A stretch of 63,278 nucleotides of DNA, the filler included, from Choristocarpus tenellus KU-1152 (taxonomy: Eukaryota > Protista > Phaeophyceae), in NCBI GenBank assembly GCA_964200185.2. It is 12 parts of 12 records of this genome, joined end to end, with 100 filler letters (N's around TTAATTAATTAA, not from the genome) between each part and the next. Parts side by side here need not be neighbours in the genome. Positions count along the whole stretch, not along the records: positions 33,222 to 39,030 come from CAXNAD020009703.1; positions 39,131 to 51,014 come from CAXNAD020002083.1; positions 51,115 to 57,718 come from CAXNAD020007770.1; 9 more parts are not named here. One strand, written 5' to 3'. This document shows, piece by piece, positions 38,500 to 51,643 of this stretch (within the stretch, counting starts at the first letter, position 1; every line of letters begins with the position of its first letter). The notes under the pieces are model-generated. The model worked only from the letters and a program-made list of their open reading frames with translations. It ran no database searches and was not told where the DNA came from. The position numbers and the translations under genes are program-made.

Positions 38500-41286
38500 G
38501 TGATCTGTAATGCAGGTTGCTGTCAATGCCACAGATGGGGACGCCACTGAGTGATACAATGAGCGGTGATGATTGCAGAACACTCCCTGATGTTGATGAA
38601 TAGTGACACTGAGCTCCATTAATTTTCTTGCTAATTTTACCTAGGTCTTTAGGATCATCGACTTTGGTTTGTGCCAAAAAGAATCCTCCAGCATCCCTCT
38701 CACTCGTATATCAAAATGTATGAAAAAGTATTTGTTAATGATCAAAAATATAAACACAAAGAAGAGGACCCCACACAAAAATTTAGTTATATTGGAACAG
38801 GTTAGCATCATCCAGAACAAGGCATGTAATGAGTAGGCGAAACAGTCTGTCTCGGACGCTAATTTACTAGCTACTCTGAAACACAACCATTTACCGAGTG
38901 TGAGAGATTAATATCAAAACTATTATTTTATATAGGCTGCGTAATGGAGAGATGAAGTTGTGTTGTAGATACAGGTATCACTATGTTGTACAAAATCGTG
39001 TTGACCCAAAGTATCTGGGGGGGGCGGGGGNNNNNNNNNNNNNNNNNNNNNNNNNNNNNNNNNNNNNNNNNNNNTTAATTAATTAANNNNNNNNNNNNNN
39101 NNNNNNNNNNNNNNNNNNNNNNNNNNNNNNTGGACCCAAAGGGACACCCCGGTATAGACCCCCCCCCCCCCACCCCCCCAGATACTTTGGGTCTGTTGAC
39201 GTTCCTCTTTTACTACCACTGGAATGCATTGATGTAGAAATGTCTTCGTGGAAAATAAATAGAAATCCTGACAGTGGACCCTTCTGAGAGGAGGGGGAGT
39301 CCTTTTTAAGTCAGTTAACAATAGGAAAGAATAAACATTGATCAAAAAAGGAACGCATTTTGTGATGCATATCATCTTTTAGATGAGGGTTTATATGGAC
39401 CCTTTTGATGAATACATGGTGGATTCTTCCCGACAGTCGATTTTCTCATCTCTGGAATGCAGCAAACCCTAATCAGAGGCAGTAACTGTAGGAGAGGAGA
39501 CAGAAGTTTTCCCATAACTGTGTGAATTCAGCCTCCAGTGATCTAGAAGCACAAGCATCTGAAGGAAGTTGCATGGGCTCCAAATATCCAGAAGCAGCCA
39601 TCCAGTATAGGATAGATCGTCACTTGACAACAGCACAACCCAGAATTCAGCACACAAGCCTTCACGACACCTTCACAAATGAAGGGGGAAAAGCCTACTA
39701 CAATGTACTACAAAGTGTTCTTGTTTCCTGTATTGTTAACTAAAACGCCGTGACACCATTTCTATGTATGTATGAATTGACTAAAAAGCCATGCGTGTGA
39801 TAGGATATTTACCATGACGCTAAGTTTTTATGACACCATATGAATCGCTTCGACTCAATTATTTACCCTTGTCGGTGCAATTCTCTTGTGGATTATAGGC
39901 TTGCCAGTTACAGTCAATCACAACCCTACTTTATTACTTCATGATGTTAGCAGTCAGAAGTAGCTGTTGTAGAAAGTAGGTTCACTCCTGGATTAACCAG
40001 TCATCCCAACCTCCCTTTCGGTCCTGACCTCAATATGTGTTGCACATCTAGCTGATACAAAGAGTGTACTGTATTCTTGTTTAATCAATCTACGCTTAAC
40101 TATAGGTGCCTCTGGGCTTGGTACCAATAGAGGAGTCAGTATGCAGAATGCTGTATAATGTATCAAAACATCTTGCTCAGATAGAACACTGAGAACATTG
40201 ACCAAACCACTCCTAAAGTTCATCCACATTGTTTAAGGAACAGCATTATTTTTTTCCACTTTATTCTACACACACTCTTCCTGCTACTCTGTAGTTCTAC
40301 TACTTGCAGAAAATGTAGGTTCCACATTGAAAGCGACTTTTGAGAGTGTGCCAAACAACCTTAGAACCCACAGTTGTTGGCCAAATCAGTTAGGAGAAAT
40401 ATGCCTCTCACGCCATTCAAGTCAATATATTTGAGGAATATTCCTGGTGGTGAGGGGTTGTTCCTGTTGGACAAATACTACACACTATAATTCCTGGTGT
40501 CGAAAGTAATCCAGCCTCATGAGCACTTAATTAATTGTGGGCAAAAGATGGATGTACCAATTTCAAGAAAATGTAAGCACTTCTGATTTGTTCATTGGTA
40601 AAATCGTGCACCTTGCCATTGTGCAATTTGGGGCACAATAACGACACTAGCCATCCAACCACTCAAGCTTTGCTTATGAGTACATATAATTGCACACAAA
40701 CATGCAAACAGTGCCACCTCCATCTCACCCCCCCAAAAGGTCCTTGAGCTATTCAAATAGCTTTCCACCACAACTGAATGTTAACTCTTCCAATTTCAAC
40801 TTAGTTTTAGAGTGTTCCATGGCAAGAAGGAAGTAGAAATTCAGCAGGGCTTAGGTCGTTGTATAGATGAGGAAAAGCGAAACAAATGGTGTGGATTTGG
40901 AAAAATCGCTCACATGCCAGAAAAGCAGCAAAACTTACCTGCACAAGGTTGATCACATGTATATGCCAACCTATGGGTAGATGACGAAATACAACTACAA
41001 AGAAGGAAGGAGAAGCATGTCCACATTGCCCTCAATAAATCGAGTGCACCAAGAACTTTGGGTCAAAGATGTGTTACTGTGCGTGTAGACTCAAATGGAG
41101 ATGAAAGGTGCAGATTATATTGAACTTACGAAGATAAGCCTACTCCTTATGTCAGGCAAAAGACTCAACATATTACCAGATGGAATAAGGATGTTGAGTT
41201 CATCCTACAACTGAGCTAGACTCCGACAAAAGCAGTACAACTTAACTAGAAGCAAATATTCACAGCATCAAGGAAAGGAAGGCAAC

Positions 41287-43151
41287 CTAGTCACCACCCT
41301 TCTTAAGGTGCTCTAGAAGGACATTGAGTGCCTGAGTCTGCTCTCCGTAGTCAGTCACCTGTTACAGGATTGCATGTTTTAAAGCAAGGACATGATCGAG
41401 ATGCGGTGATGCATTCAGTGAAGAGGCAGGAGATGCTGAGTATCAAAATATCTCGTCATAAAATACCTACACATCACTTATACTTATCCTATTGGAGCTG
41501 ATGTGAGCTTCAGAAAAATAGACACCTCCTGGAAGGGGAACAACAAAATGAGTTTTCTCGTCTCATTTCAAACAGTATTAAAACTGCAGGGCAGATATCC
41601 CATTCAATGTAATGCCTCTTTAACCCCAACTTGTATGCCCCAAAATACGAAACATTGGTTTGCAGGAACAATCCTGACAATCTTCCAGGTCCAGCTCTAA
41701 ATATGCCATTATCATCTTTTACATTGAAAAATTGTATCTGTTTTCTTTTCTTAATGCAACAAAATTCAAACTTGGTGAACCAATGTAACATTAGCGATGC
41801 ACCCACCACAGCACAAGAGCACGGCACAATCTTGGTGGCTTCTCCCTCAGGGCCGATCTTGCACAGACCTGCCCATTGCCCCAGCTCAAGGCGGGTGTCC
41901 ACCTGTTGTTTGGATGAAGTGAACCAGAAAATAACAAATACGTATACGTGACACAAATGAGGGAAAAAACTCTAATCAGCTCTACACTGGATTGTTGGGT
42001 GATATGTGGCTTGAAGTTGAAATTCATGTCACAATTAATAGTTCATTCAAGAACCGTCACAAATATAGGGGGTGAGTGGAACAGAGAGCAGCATTGTATG
42101 AGTAGCTTTTACTTTACAGCACTCAAGAACTTGCCATGATAAGGTGCACACTGCCCTCCTCGCAGAGGGCCCGCACAAGCTGGATGTACTCGGGGTTCTC
42201 ACAGTCCTTAGCAAGGCAGCACAGGCGGGCAGCACCACGGTCCAGGGCCTTAGCACACCTGCCACAAGAATAAGAGGAGGACAAAGGTGCGTATTGCTTT
42301 GGTGATCAGGTATTGTGACTGAAACAGTTATGTCAAAAAAGGTGTGAATGTGAGACTGGGGTTGCGTGAATGGACCAACGTAGCGTGGAACACTTGAATA
42401 ACAAATAAGGATAAGTACGATTGGTGAAGCTCTGCAAGATCAAGACTCTTTGCAAGCTTAACCAAATGGACACGGTATTAAACAGATTGTGATAAAATCC
42501 ATTTCCTTTCCCTGCCTACCTATTGTATCATTATAGATTATGTTCTACACAAACATCATTACACTAATCCTATACACTGGTTAAAGGTCACTCTGTTAAG
42601 CATGCGAAATTAGACATGTAACACATGCGTCCTTGCCCACACTTAGTTCATTCAGTCTGACAGAACCACTCGGGCCTCCCACTTCAGTTCGTCCCAGTAT
42701 TAGTAGGAAGCGAATGTAAACGCGTTTTGTTTCAACAATGTGAACTTGAGGTGTGGGCTGAAGCACTCGATAGCTTCATAAATACCAACCCTAAAGACGT
42801 GAAAATACAGGCAGCGGAACACCATTGCTGTGCAATGGTGGTAACGGGTAAACTATTCCAGATATCCTGAGAAACACTCCAACGATAAATCCCACACTGC
42901 CTTTTTTCTCCCCCCTTGCCTTTCCTGTCAATCGCTCTGACATCCTCCTCCACCCTCCCCCTTTTCTTTACTGACGCATGCCCTCATCTGCGTACTTACT
43001 CGTGCAGGCCCCGGCGGAGCCCGTCAAAGATGAGTGCCTTCTTGAGCACCTCTTTGAGAGCATCCAGGATGCTGATCTCCTTCACCTCTGTCACCTCGGC
43101 TACAACCTCCTCAGTAACCTCTCCACCCATGTCAACGTCCTCGGAAGCCAT
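41287..43151 (-). CDS. RPS12: 40S ribosomal protein S12 (eS12); exons 43151-43000, 42258-42135, 41902-41807, 41358-41287; probable 5'UTR intron with donor at 43520
   Basis: Spliced protein MASEDV...[56 protein letters not shown]...[32 protein letters not shown]...; coding intron 2 is GC-AG. Confidence 0.97.
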
Positions 43152-43520
43152 CTCTTTCGTCAACAGAAATGGAACACGGGGACAAGAATCGAGGATGTCC
43201 GTCACATGTTCTGGGTGGGGACATACTGCATCACTCCTAGACAGCAAGGACTTGAAGTGTGTATCAGGCTGAGCGACAAGGAGAGCACTGGGTATTCTCT
43301 GCAGCTCTACAACATAAGAATACTAAACGGCAATTAACTCCGCTGTAGGCTCCTGCAGTCCAGCCGTGAGAGTGACTTCTCCATCGGCATACACTACGAG
43401 AGCAAACAAAAACACTCCATTTGGACAGACTTGAGTGTTTCTCACAAGCGCTGGCACGGCCGCAACATCCGTTCCGTTGATAAGCCATAAATCATTGCAG
43501 CAAATACTCTCGAGTCGTAC

Positions 43521-43752
43521 CTTTTGGAATCCTCAGTTAACAGTCGTCTTTAATGGTCCTTCGTCGGAGTGGTAGTTAGTTGACCACAAGCCTCTACCAC
43601 ACATAGAGATAGGGTTAGGGTTCAATGGCGTTCCATAATATGGAAGCGTCTAAGAAGTGGGTGGTGATGGAGGGTGGGTGAAGGCCGAGAGTAAGCCTTG
43701 CAGTCGTGACAGGCACCGGTGGTAGGGTCTCTGTTCTCCCCTCTTCTCAACC
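43521..43752. promoter_or_regulatory. Bidirectional promoter/5'UTR region of RPS12 and RPL37 with a telo-box-like TAGGGTTAGGGTT at 43610-43622
   Basis: Only ~230 bp separate the RPS12 UTR donor from the RPL37 ATG; an AATGGCG motif is adjacent. Confidence 0.6.
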
Positions 43753-46700
43753 ATGGTGAGTGGTGGGAGGCTGTTCGTTGAAATGGGCCCTAGATGGGGA
43801 TGCTGAAGCTGGCTTGATGGTTGTGGGTGGAGGAACGTTTTTGGAAAAGCCTTTGAGGGATTATGGTAGGTTGAATGAGCTCAGAGGATGCGGTTGTGGA
43901 CCATGGAACTATGTAGCTCGCCCTTTGAGGAGAAGGTTGGGACAAAAAGTATTGCAATACGTCAATCTCCTAATGCCGGTGATCAGACCTTTCAAAACCT
44001 GAGCATTTGGTATTATTGCGAACTGTCAGATTGAGCACTTCCAGAAGCTATGGTGATGTCTTTCAGGGCCCTCTCTCTATTGAAGGCCTGTTATATCCCT
44101 TGGTAATAGTCAGCAGAGGATATGGTTGAGATAGTTGCAGTGTAAGACGCATTCAAGGTGTTGTTTGTTGGGAATCAGTGGGAAGGACTAACCAAAGGCT
44201 GTAGACTCTAGACGGACACACCAACGCCCGAGGGGTACTGTGTACGTGTTTTGTGATCTCTCCTGTGTGTATGTATACAAATGTAAGCACCAGAGTAGGT
44301 TGAAGATTTGTCTTAGGGGAAGGGACATGGCTACGATGTGCCACATGCTCAGAGATAGGTGCAACTTGAGTCTTCCAGACGTACCTGATGGGTCGTTCTC
44401 CTTGCATGTATGGTGCATATTTTGGATCGTAAAGACCCTAATGAAATTAGTTATCTAGTATAGTAGATGTGCTTGTATATACGGCGACGCGAGACGTTTG
44501 GACCGAGCAGATAGCACACACAACCTAATTGTGTCCGTCCCCTATACACGACCCTTGCAGACGAAGGGTACAGGATCCTTTGGTAAGCGCCACTCTAAGA
44601 CGCACACAGCCTGCCCGCGCTGTGGACGCACCTCCTTCCACAAGCAGAAGAAGAAGTGCTCATCCTGTGGCTACCCTTCCGCCAAGATGCGCCGCTGTAA
44701 GTCCCCCCTATCCTACCCAACTCACCCTTTCACTTTGTATTTTGGGAATGTTTATGATGATTAATGGAGCAGCAAGTCACCCTCGGGTGTGCTAGCTAAC
44801 CGAGATGAAGCATCAAAGAGTCAACTAGGAGAAACAGTAGAATTGTACCGGTAGAGGCCATCTCTTCCGATGTTGAGGAGTTTAGGCCCTTAAGCTGGAC
44901 CAGGTAACTACGATTGGACTGACTGTCCTTTGGTCAGGTAGCAATGTTTTTTAGCAGGGCTGATCGATAGGCTGGACTGGGGTCTCATGTTTGTCGGACC
45001 AGGCCTTGGGTTTAGTGTGTGAACGTTCAATATTACTAAAATAAGTTGCTAATTTTGTTGATCGCCATCAACTAAAATTCGATTCAATCTTAGGTCAGTA
45101 AGCTGTAAGTTGGTGTGTCGTGCCCCATAATTTATTTTTTATTCAAGTGTGCACCAAATGCTCATCTCACAGAGTTTGGAGGTTCAGGTGCCTGAAATGT
45201 GCTGTGTGTATGCTTTGAACAGTATCGGGTATCTGAAGATAACTCCCAATTTGATCTATTCTCAATAATACTTAGAAATTTCCAATAGTGCATAATGTAT
45301 GTTGCCATTTTATACTTGAAAGTGTAGACCAGACAACAATAGGGTAGGCCCAGCTAGAGGTTGATTTAGCAGGGCCTGGCATGGGATTAAAGAAATTCCA
45401 TGGGGCTGGGCCACAGGCAGGACTAGTTCAGTGCCGGTTTGGTGTGAAGTTTTACTTTTAAAAGATATAAGTATATTGAAACTCCACAACATGCAATTGC
45501 TTATGCAAGGATGCTAATATTCTTGCATTCTCATCCTGCTGCTAGAACCTAGGGTTCTCTTCTATAGTACGTACTGACATTGGTTTCTTTCACAGTTAGT
45601 CATACTTTTCTGTCGATATTGGAAAAAATATATTACTATTTAGTACCCTATCATTAATAACCTATCATCCGTTGATGAAAACGGTAAGGTTGTTCTTATC
45701 GAAAAATTTGATGGAAATTTTTTGTAACCTCTGTCCCTCGTGGATTTGTGTGTGTGTGCGCGTCTGTGATTGTTCTGCTTGTCATTCGGTGTTTTGCCAT
45801 GGGACGGTGACTTGACACGGTAATGGGCTCTGTCTGTGTGGTATGGTATGCTCTACCTGTTGGCGGCAGTCAACTGGAGCACAAAGGCCAAGCGCCGCCG
45901 TACTCAGGGCACTGGCCGCATGAGGTAAAAGAGAGATGAATTAATAGTGCGCTGTGTAGGTTTGGGTATATGGGTGAGATGTGTAGTAGTCTTGGTTTAT
46001 GCACAGAAGAGCTGAAATGTGGTACAGTTTTGTTGGGGTTGAATTTTGTGAGGGTAGCGTATTGTTTTTATTCGTTTTTAAGAGGATGAATAGGACCCTG
46101 TAATTGTTTTTAACGGAGAATGTTACATTCTCATTTTTTAGCATGTTGTGTATGGCATGATGTGGAGGTGTTGCCGGTGTACCTGATATTAGGGTTAGGG
46201 TGTTTAACCTTGTAGCAAGCATATGTTTTGTTGTTGGTTGTATAGAGTGTGGCTAAATGATAAGATTGATAAGCTATACTGCTGGTAGTAGCTCTATTCA
46301 CTAGGCGAATTACTTCGAAGATTTATAGTTGAGTGTGGTAGGACATTGAGGTTAATGGCACCACAGAGTGGAGATGTAAAATGGCCTGAGTAGGTGGTTT
46401 TATTAGCCCCTTGTGTCATGAGCTCAGTAACAGTAACAGCATGCCCGTGAGGTGGGTGTTGGTGAAAGGCATCGAGCAATTGCTTTCTCAGTGTTATCAG
46501 TTACAATAAATCCCAACAATAGCTTCTACCTGTGCTTGGGCTAGTTGTTTTGTTGCAAAAATATTACGGATATTGTGTGATGGTTACTGTACATCAAGTA
46601 GATCGTATTGGCCTGTCTCTCTGTCTTGAGTTACTTTTCTATTTTTTGTAGTATTTTATTATTACGATTAGCTCCTCGCGGGTTATGCACGTCCAGTTTG

Positions 46701-47786
46701 TCTCAAGAAATAGAAATGCGATTTCACTGTGGGTAGTATAACAAGATGTAGGTTTGTGTTGATGTGTTGAAGGTTATGAGAAAATATGTTGTGACATACT
46801 TATTCAGGTGAAGGGTAAGAAGAGAAGTTGTTGAGGAGATTCGTTCAAGGGTGCAGCAGTTGGTGGATGCATTATGTTTGTGCTGAATTGAGGCTTTTGC
46901 ACCTGGATTGGTGCATGAGATGATGTTAGGGTATACACCGCAGGGGTTAGGGTTAAGGTTGTGTGTAATGTGAATGGTGTCTTTGACTCTTTGATTTGTT
47001 GCGATTACTCTTCTGAATTGGGTTGGGGTTAAGAGCTAGGTTTATTTTGAGTACTGTATGTATTTCGTCTTGGATTTCTGGAATTGTTATTTGCAGCATA
47101 CAGTTGCCGATGTTTATTACTGATTTCTGGTGTTTTTGTTGAATTAAAAGGATTGTAGCTGTTATTATCCATCACTCTATGTTGCAATGATGGGCATGCC
47201 ATGAAGCATTTTGATATAATTTTGCTGATTGTGTCAACACAGATCTGCCCTGTCAAGATGTGCATATATTGCTGAGGAATAGATGAACTCTGTACTCTAG
47301 GAGAGTGTCAAAAGCAACCATCCATGGGGATGTTGCTTGTGGATGTGTCTATCGTTGCTTGATTGATTGTGGATAGCTTGTGCTTTTCTTGAAGATGCAG
47401 TGCGTATAGAGAGGGTACACAGTTGTATTCGATGTAACTGTCAATGTAATTGCCAATGATCACTCTTCTTGTTTTGGTTACCAGGTTCCGATCTTGTGCT
47501 TTCTGATGCTTCATGAAGAAGAGAGTATTGTGCAGACGACAAGAGTAAGAATGAAACGGTCACTTGATGTGTGTTAATACATGCAAGCAACTCTTGTGGC
47601 CCTTGTATCTATCTTTATCTTGTTTTGTTACTGTTTTGTAACCCTTCTCTTCACACCCCTTTGGTTACTTGTAGGTACATGAAGACCCTTCCCCGCCGTT
47701 TCAAGAATGGCTTCCAGGAGGGCAAGACAGCCCCCAAGCAGATCAAGGGTGCTGCGGTGAGCTCCCCCTCCCCCTTTGCACCATAA
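43753..47786 (+). CDS. RPL37: 60S ribosomal protein L37 (eL37); exons 43753-43755, 44561-44696, 45870-45924, 47675-47786 (or spliced again at 47756)
   Basis: M|[80 protein letters not shown]; phase-consistent GT-AG introns. Confidence 0.97.
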
Positions 47787-48956
47787 TACAGAAAACATGG
47801 TGAACATCAATAACACGAGTGTTTCGCGTTGAACACACCAGTAGACCTGCTGAAGAAATTTGTTTTATTTTTTCTCCAACCTCAAGTATACATGTGTAGG
47901 TGAATGTGCATGTTAAAGAGGTTTATGCCGCTCACTTCCGTACCCGCCACCATTGTATTTATTTTTGTTGTAAATGTTCCTTTGTTCGTTGTTGATATAC
48001 CTGTTCTCACATCCCCTTATACTCTCTTAATCTCTCTCTCTTTCTCTCGTTTTCTTTTGTCTATCGTCTATTGCTGGAATGATGCTCAACTGCACACTTG
48101 ATGTGGATGAATGTGTTGTTAGGGTTCGTGAGAGAGATGAGAGGCAACAGGAAAACCACACCTGGTCAGGCGGTGGCATGGCACATCCTCAACACCCTTC
48201 TGCATTGCGTGTGGGATGGGGGGGGAGACTGCCCCTGTCCCCGAGTACTGTAGGTCAAAGGAAAAATAAAAGAATAGAAGCTTAGCAAGCCTCTTATCTT
48301 CCTAGCCTTGTTGTAATCACTTCCTTGCTTTGTGACACTGATCAGAGTTGTGTCTGGGCGATATGCTCAAAAGGTTTAGGGCTTACTCTACCTTTGGGGA
48401 CGGGGGGGAGGTTCAGCCTTAAAGAGTCAAGCGAGATTGGGTGATCATGGAGTGACATTGGCAAGAGGGAGGGGATGAGATCATGGGGTATTTTGAGGGC
48501 TTGATGTTGAATCTTGTTTGAACTTACATTGCATCCCTTAATTTCCTCTAGTGTCTGCTTTGTTCAGGTGTTGTCTGTTACTGCTGTCTGTTACTTTTGA
48601 ATCATGTCACGGCAATAATAATAAAAATTAAAAATATATATATTTTAACGATTGTGTATACATACACATGGACACACAGGGAAAGTAGTATAGTACATGC
48701 TGCGTGTTACTCTTCTTGCTGTTGAGACCCTATTTGTTGCTACATTATCATTGGAGCAATGGAGGGTTTTGTCTGTAAAATGAGAGTGATAGTCTGGACC
48801 AGTTGTGATTAAATGATAGTTACGTAAGTTTTTGGTTTGTAAAATTCGCTTGTGAAATGCATCAAATATTGTTGTTGCGCAAGAGTCAACTGCTTCTATC
48901 TGGTGTCATGTTTATCGGTATGTGTTCTTACATTTAAGCGACACTGATTGTGTCCA

Positions 48957-49117
48957 GAGTCAAGGTATCTGGGGGGGGGATGTCGGCATCCTTTTTTCGA
49001 TTTTTGGTGTGATTTGATCACACGTATCGGATTTGGAATGTCAGCAACAAAAAATAAAGTTTGACCAAAACGAATGCTCCCTCACAAACCACACACACCC
49101 CCCAGATACTTTGACCC
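48957..49117 (-). mobile_element. MITE family A variant with TCCA target-site duplication
   Basis: TCCA-GAGTCAAGGTATCTGGGG...CCCCAGATACTTTGACCC-TCCA. Confidence 0.85.
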
Positions 49118-50309
49118 TCCATATAATAATATGCTGCTGTTGGAAAGGTTATTGTCGACTTGGAGCTAGTGCTGTTTTGTTGGGTGGGATTTTTCTTCTT
49201 TTTGTAATTTTATGAGCTGTCTGTCTTGTTCGTATTTGCATGTTTTGAAAGATGTGATGACCACAAAAGAGATTTAAAAAATATATTAACACATCCTCTG
49301 GAGTGTAAGATGTTGGTGGTAGAAATATATGGATGCATTTCTGGTGAAATTCAGGAAGAATTTTGTTGTTGTTGGTGGTGGTGGAATTGGCCCTACACAG
49401 ATATGTAGGAAGAGTCTGACATATGAAGGAATTTTCTAAATTTCTGGGTCTTACGGTCACTGCACGAAACCTGGAGGTGTGTGTGAGTGGCAATTGATGC
49501 CTTCCCCTCTGTTCTTTCCCTTACAAAACCCATCCTCCAAGCATGGAATAAATTGCAGAACTACTCTGTGATTGGTGTAACATTTGCTTATGATGTAAAG
49601 CTCTGGTTTGATTTGGTTTGGTTTGGTTTGATCTGCGGTTTGGACCGGAATCGTAATACAAGGACAAAAATACGTGAGCTGATGCAATGAGATACGGAGA
49701 TAGTTCAACGATTTTGACCAGTCTAATGCAGGTTGTGAAAGATGGGTAATGAAGTCGAAGGCGACTAGTCGCATAGATGTGCTTTAATTGCACCAATTCG
49801 GAGTTTGTTGTAAGGGCCATGCTAAGATAGAGGCCTCAATACTAATATTATATTTATACTGGACCGCAGACACCTGGGGCTACGTTCAATACTAGCACAT
49901 AGGACGTAGGTGTTTGGGGTTCAACCAACAATTCGATGTTACGATCTCATGTATACATGGTATCGGCTTGCAAGTAGGGGTATATTTTTTCCAAGTATAC
50001 ACGGTACTGTTCCCTGAACCACAATTGATTCTGACCTGGTTTTTAGATTTTTTCACATAATAGATGGACAGACTAAATACCATAACGCCTACCTGTGCTC
50101 GACAGTACACTTGGAGCAGTTAACACAATCAGTGGAGAGAAATGAATGTGTTCTTATTAAGGAGGGTATCAAATATGGTTGATTGCTGTCAGTTGCTGGT
50201 AGGGTATGGTGCGATGACTGGAAGAGCCTTTTCTCTATCAATAGAAATGTTCGTTTTGAATGGGAAGGTTTGGTGAGTACTTCCAAGTAAGTGTTTTTGA
50301 TTTGATCCA

Positions 50310-50586
50310 GACCCAAAGCCCAAAGCATGCAAGAGGGTAGGACCGCGTCCGTTTGGGGTCATAAATCCAATGTTGCGGTTTTGATGAATTTTGGCGATCG
50401 TGTTTGTTAGGAAGTGTCAATATCCTTACTCCGGACACACCATTCATAGTCGTATACATTTTACCTACTCTAAATGTTTCTGTGTTCACACAGAAAACCG
50501 AAAAAAGGGCATAAAAAACCCGTGGGAAGTCAAGCCCTGAACGGATAAACAGGGCAAAACTCCTGTCCTCTTAAATGCTTTGGGTC
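50310..50586 (-). mobile_element. MITE family B, diverged copy
   Basis: Internal homology (TTTGTTAGGAAGTGTCAATATCCTT...CCGGACACA...CAGGGCAAAACTC). Confidence 0.75.
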
Positions 50587-51125
50587 CGAAATATTGCGAT
50601 TCACATTTGAGATGCGACTCTGCAAGAAATCCTTGAGGACATTTATTGCTCGTACATCTCTAACCATCAATAATGAAAGGAGCCCGTCGACCCCATTTTT
50701 TATGAACAGTTGGCGGAAATCGGAAATCGTTTCAATCTCTATTTATGCACGCCTTTCAAAAACATGTATACTGCTCATAAGAAAGCAATAGATCTCTTCC
50801 TTGCTTAAAAGGTCTACCCTTTTGCACTTCTTGACAGATCCATCTCTGTGTACACAAAGTGGTAGTCGAAGTAAGCGAGAGGTACCGATGGCTTTCATTC
50901 TTAGGATGCTGACAAATATGTTTCACATTTCGGCATTTTGTACAAATAGCAGCCGATTTCAAAAATTGAGGATGGAGCTTTTCATTGAGGATGGACTTGA
51001 CCCAAAATTGACTGNNNNNNNNNNNNNNNNNNNNNNNNNNNNNNNNNNNNNNNNNNNNTTAATTAATTAANNNNNNNNNNNNNNNNNNNNNNNNNNNNNN
51101 NNNNNNNNNNNNNNATGAAGCTTAT

Positions 51126-51280
51126 GATTGATTTCCCAGCTCACCACGATTAACCACTCGATTTCACGATTGATTTTCCAGCTCACCACGATTAATCAGT
51201 CCCTTCGACGATTGATTTTCCAGCTCACCTCGATTAATTAGTTGCTTCGACGATTGATTCCCAGCTAACCCTAACCCTAA
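51126..51280 (+). repeat. 42-bp minisatellite x3.4 terminating in (TAACCC)2
   Basis: Units start at 51126, 51168, 51210 and 51252. Confidence 0.9.
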
Positions 51281-51643
51281 TTACTACAAAATCGATATTA
51301 TACCATATAGATTCTGTGCCGCTTTTTATGGGCATACCCATGGGTGAACAAAATCGGGGAAGGTACTGTACCAGATTTCCGTGAAAAGCATCCTGGCGTT
51401 GAGGGGTTCGAACCAGCGGATTACGTGGTGATAGGCATTAAATTCAACTGGTAACCCACAACAACATCAGCTCAGACACAAATTGTTTTATTATTCCTAA
51501 CATATCATCCTCATTCGTCTGGCAAAGGTACCGATTTTTTATCCATTTTTAATTGGAATTGGTGAATACCTAGTGTCAACTGAACAAGGACGTCTATGTG
51601 AGGATAGTTGCCGTTTGTATGTGGAGGATCATTAGGAGAGAAG

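Noticed and set aside
44754-44925. Intronic C/D snoRNA in RPL37 (ATGATGA)
   Set aside because: No D box at normal spacing, no terminal stem and no recognisable rRNA antisense element.
51126-51265. CRISPR-like repeat-spacer array
   Set aside because: Only 3.4 units; the 14-nt 'spacers' are related to each other; no cas genes; eukaryotic context.
51392-51460. tRNA (GGTTCGAACC T-loop/B-box)
   Set aside because: The T-stem and acceptor stem do not pair on either strand; at most a decayed SINE head.
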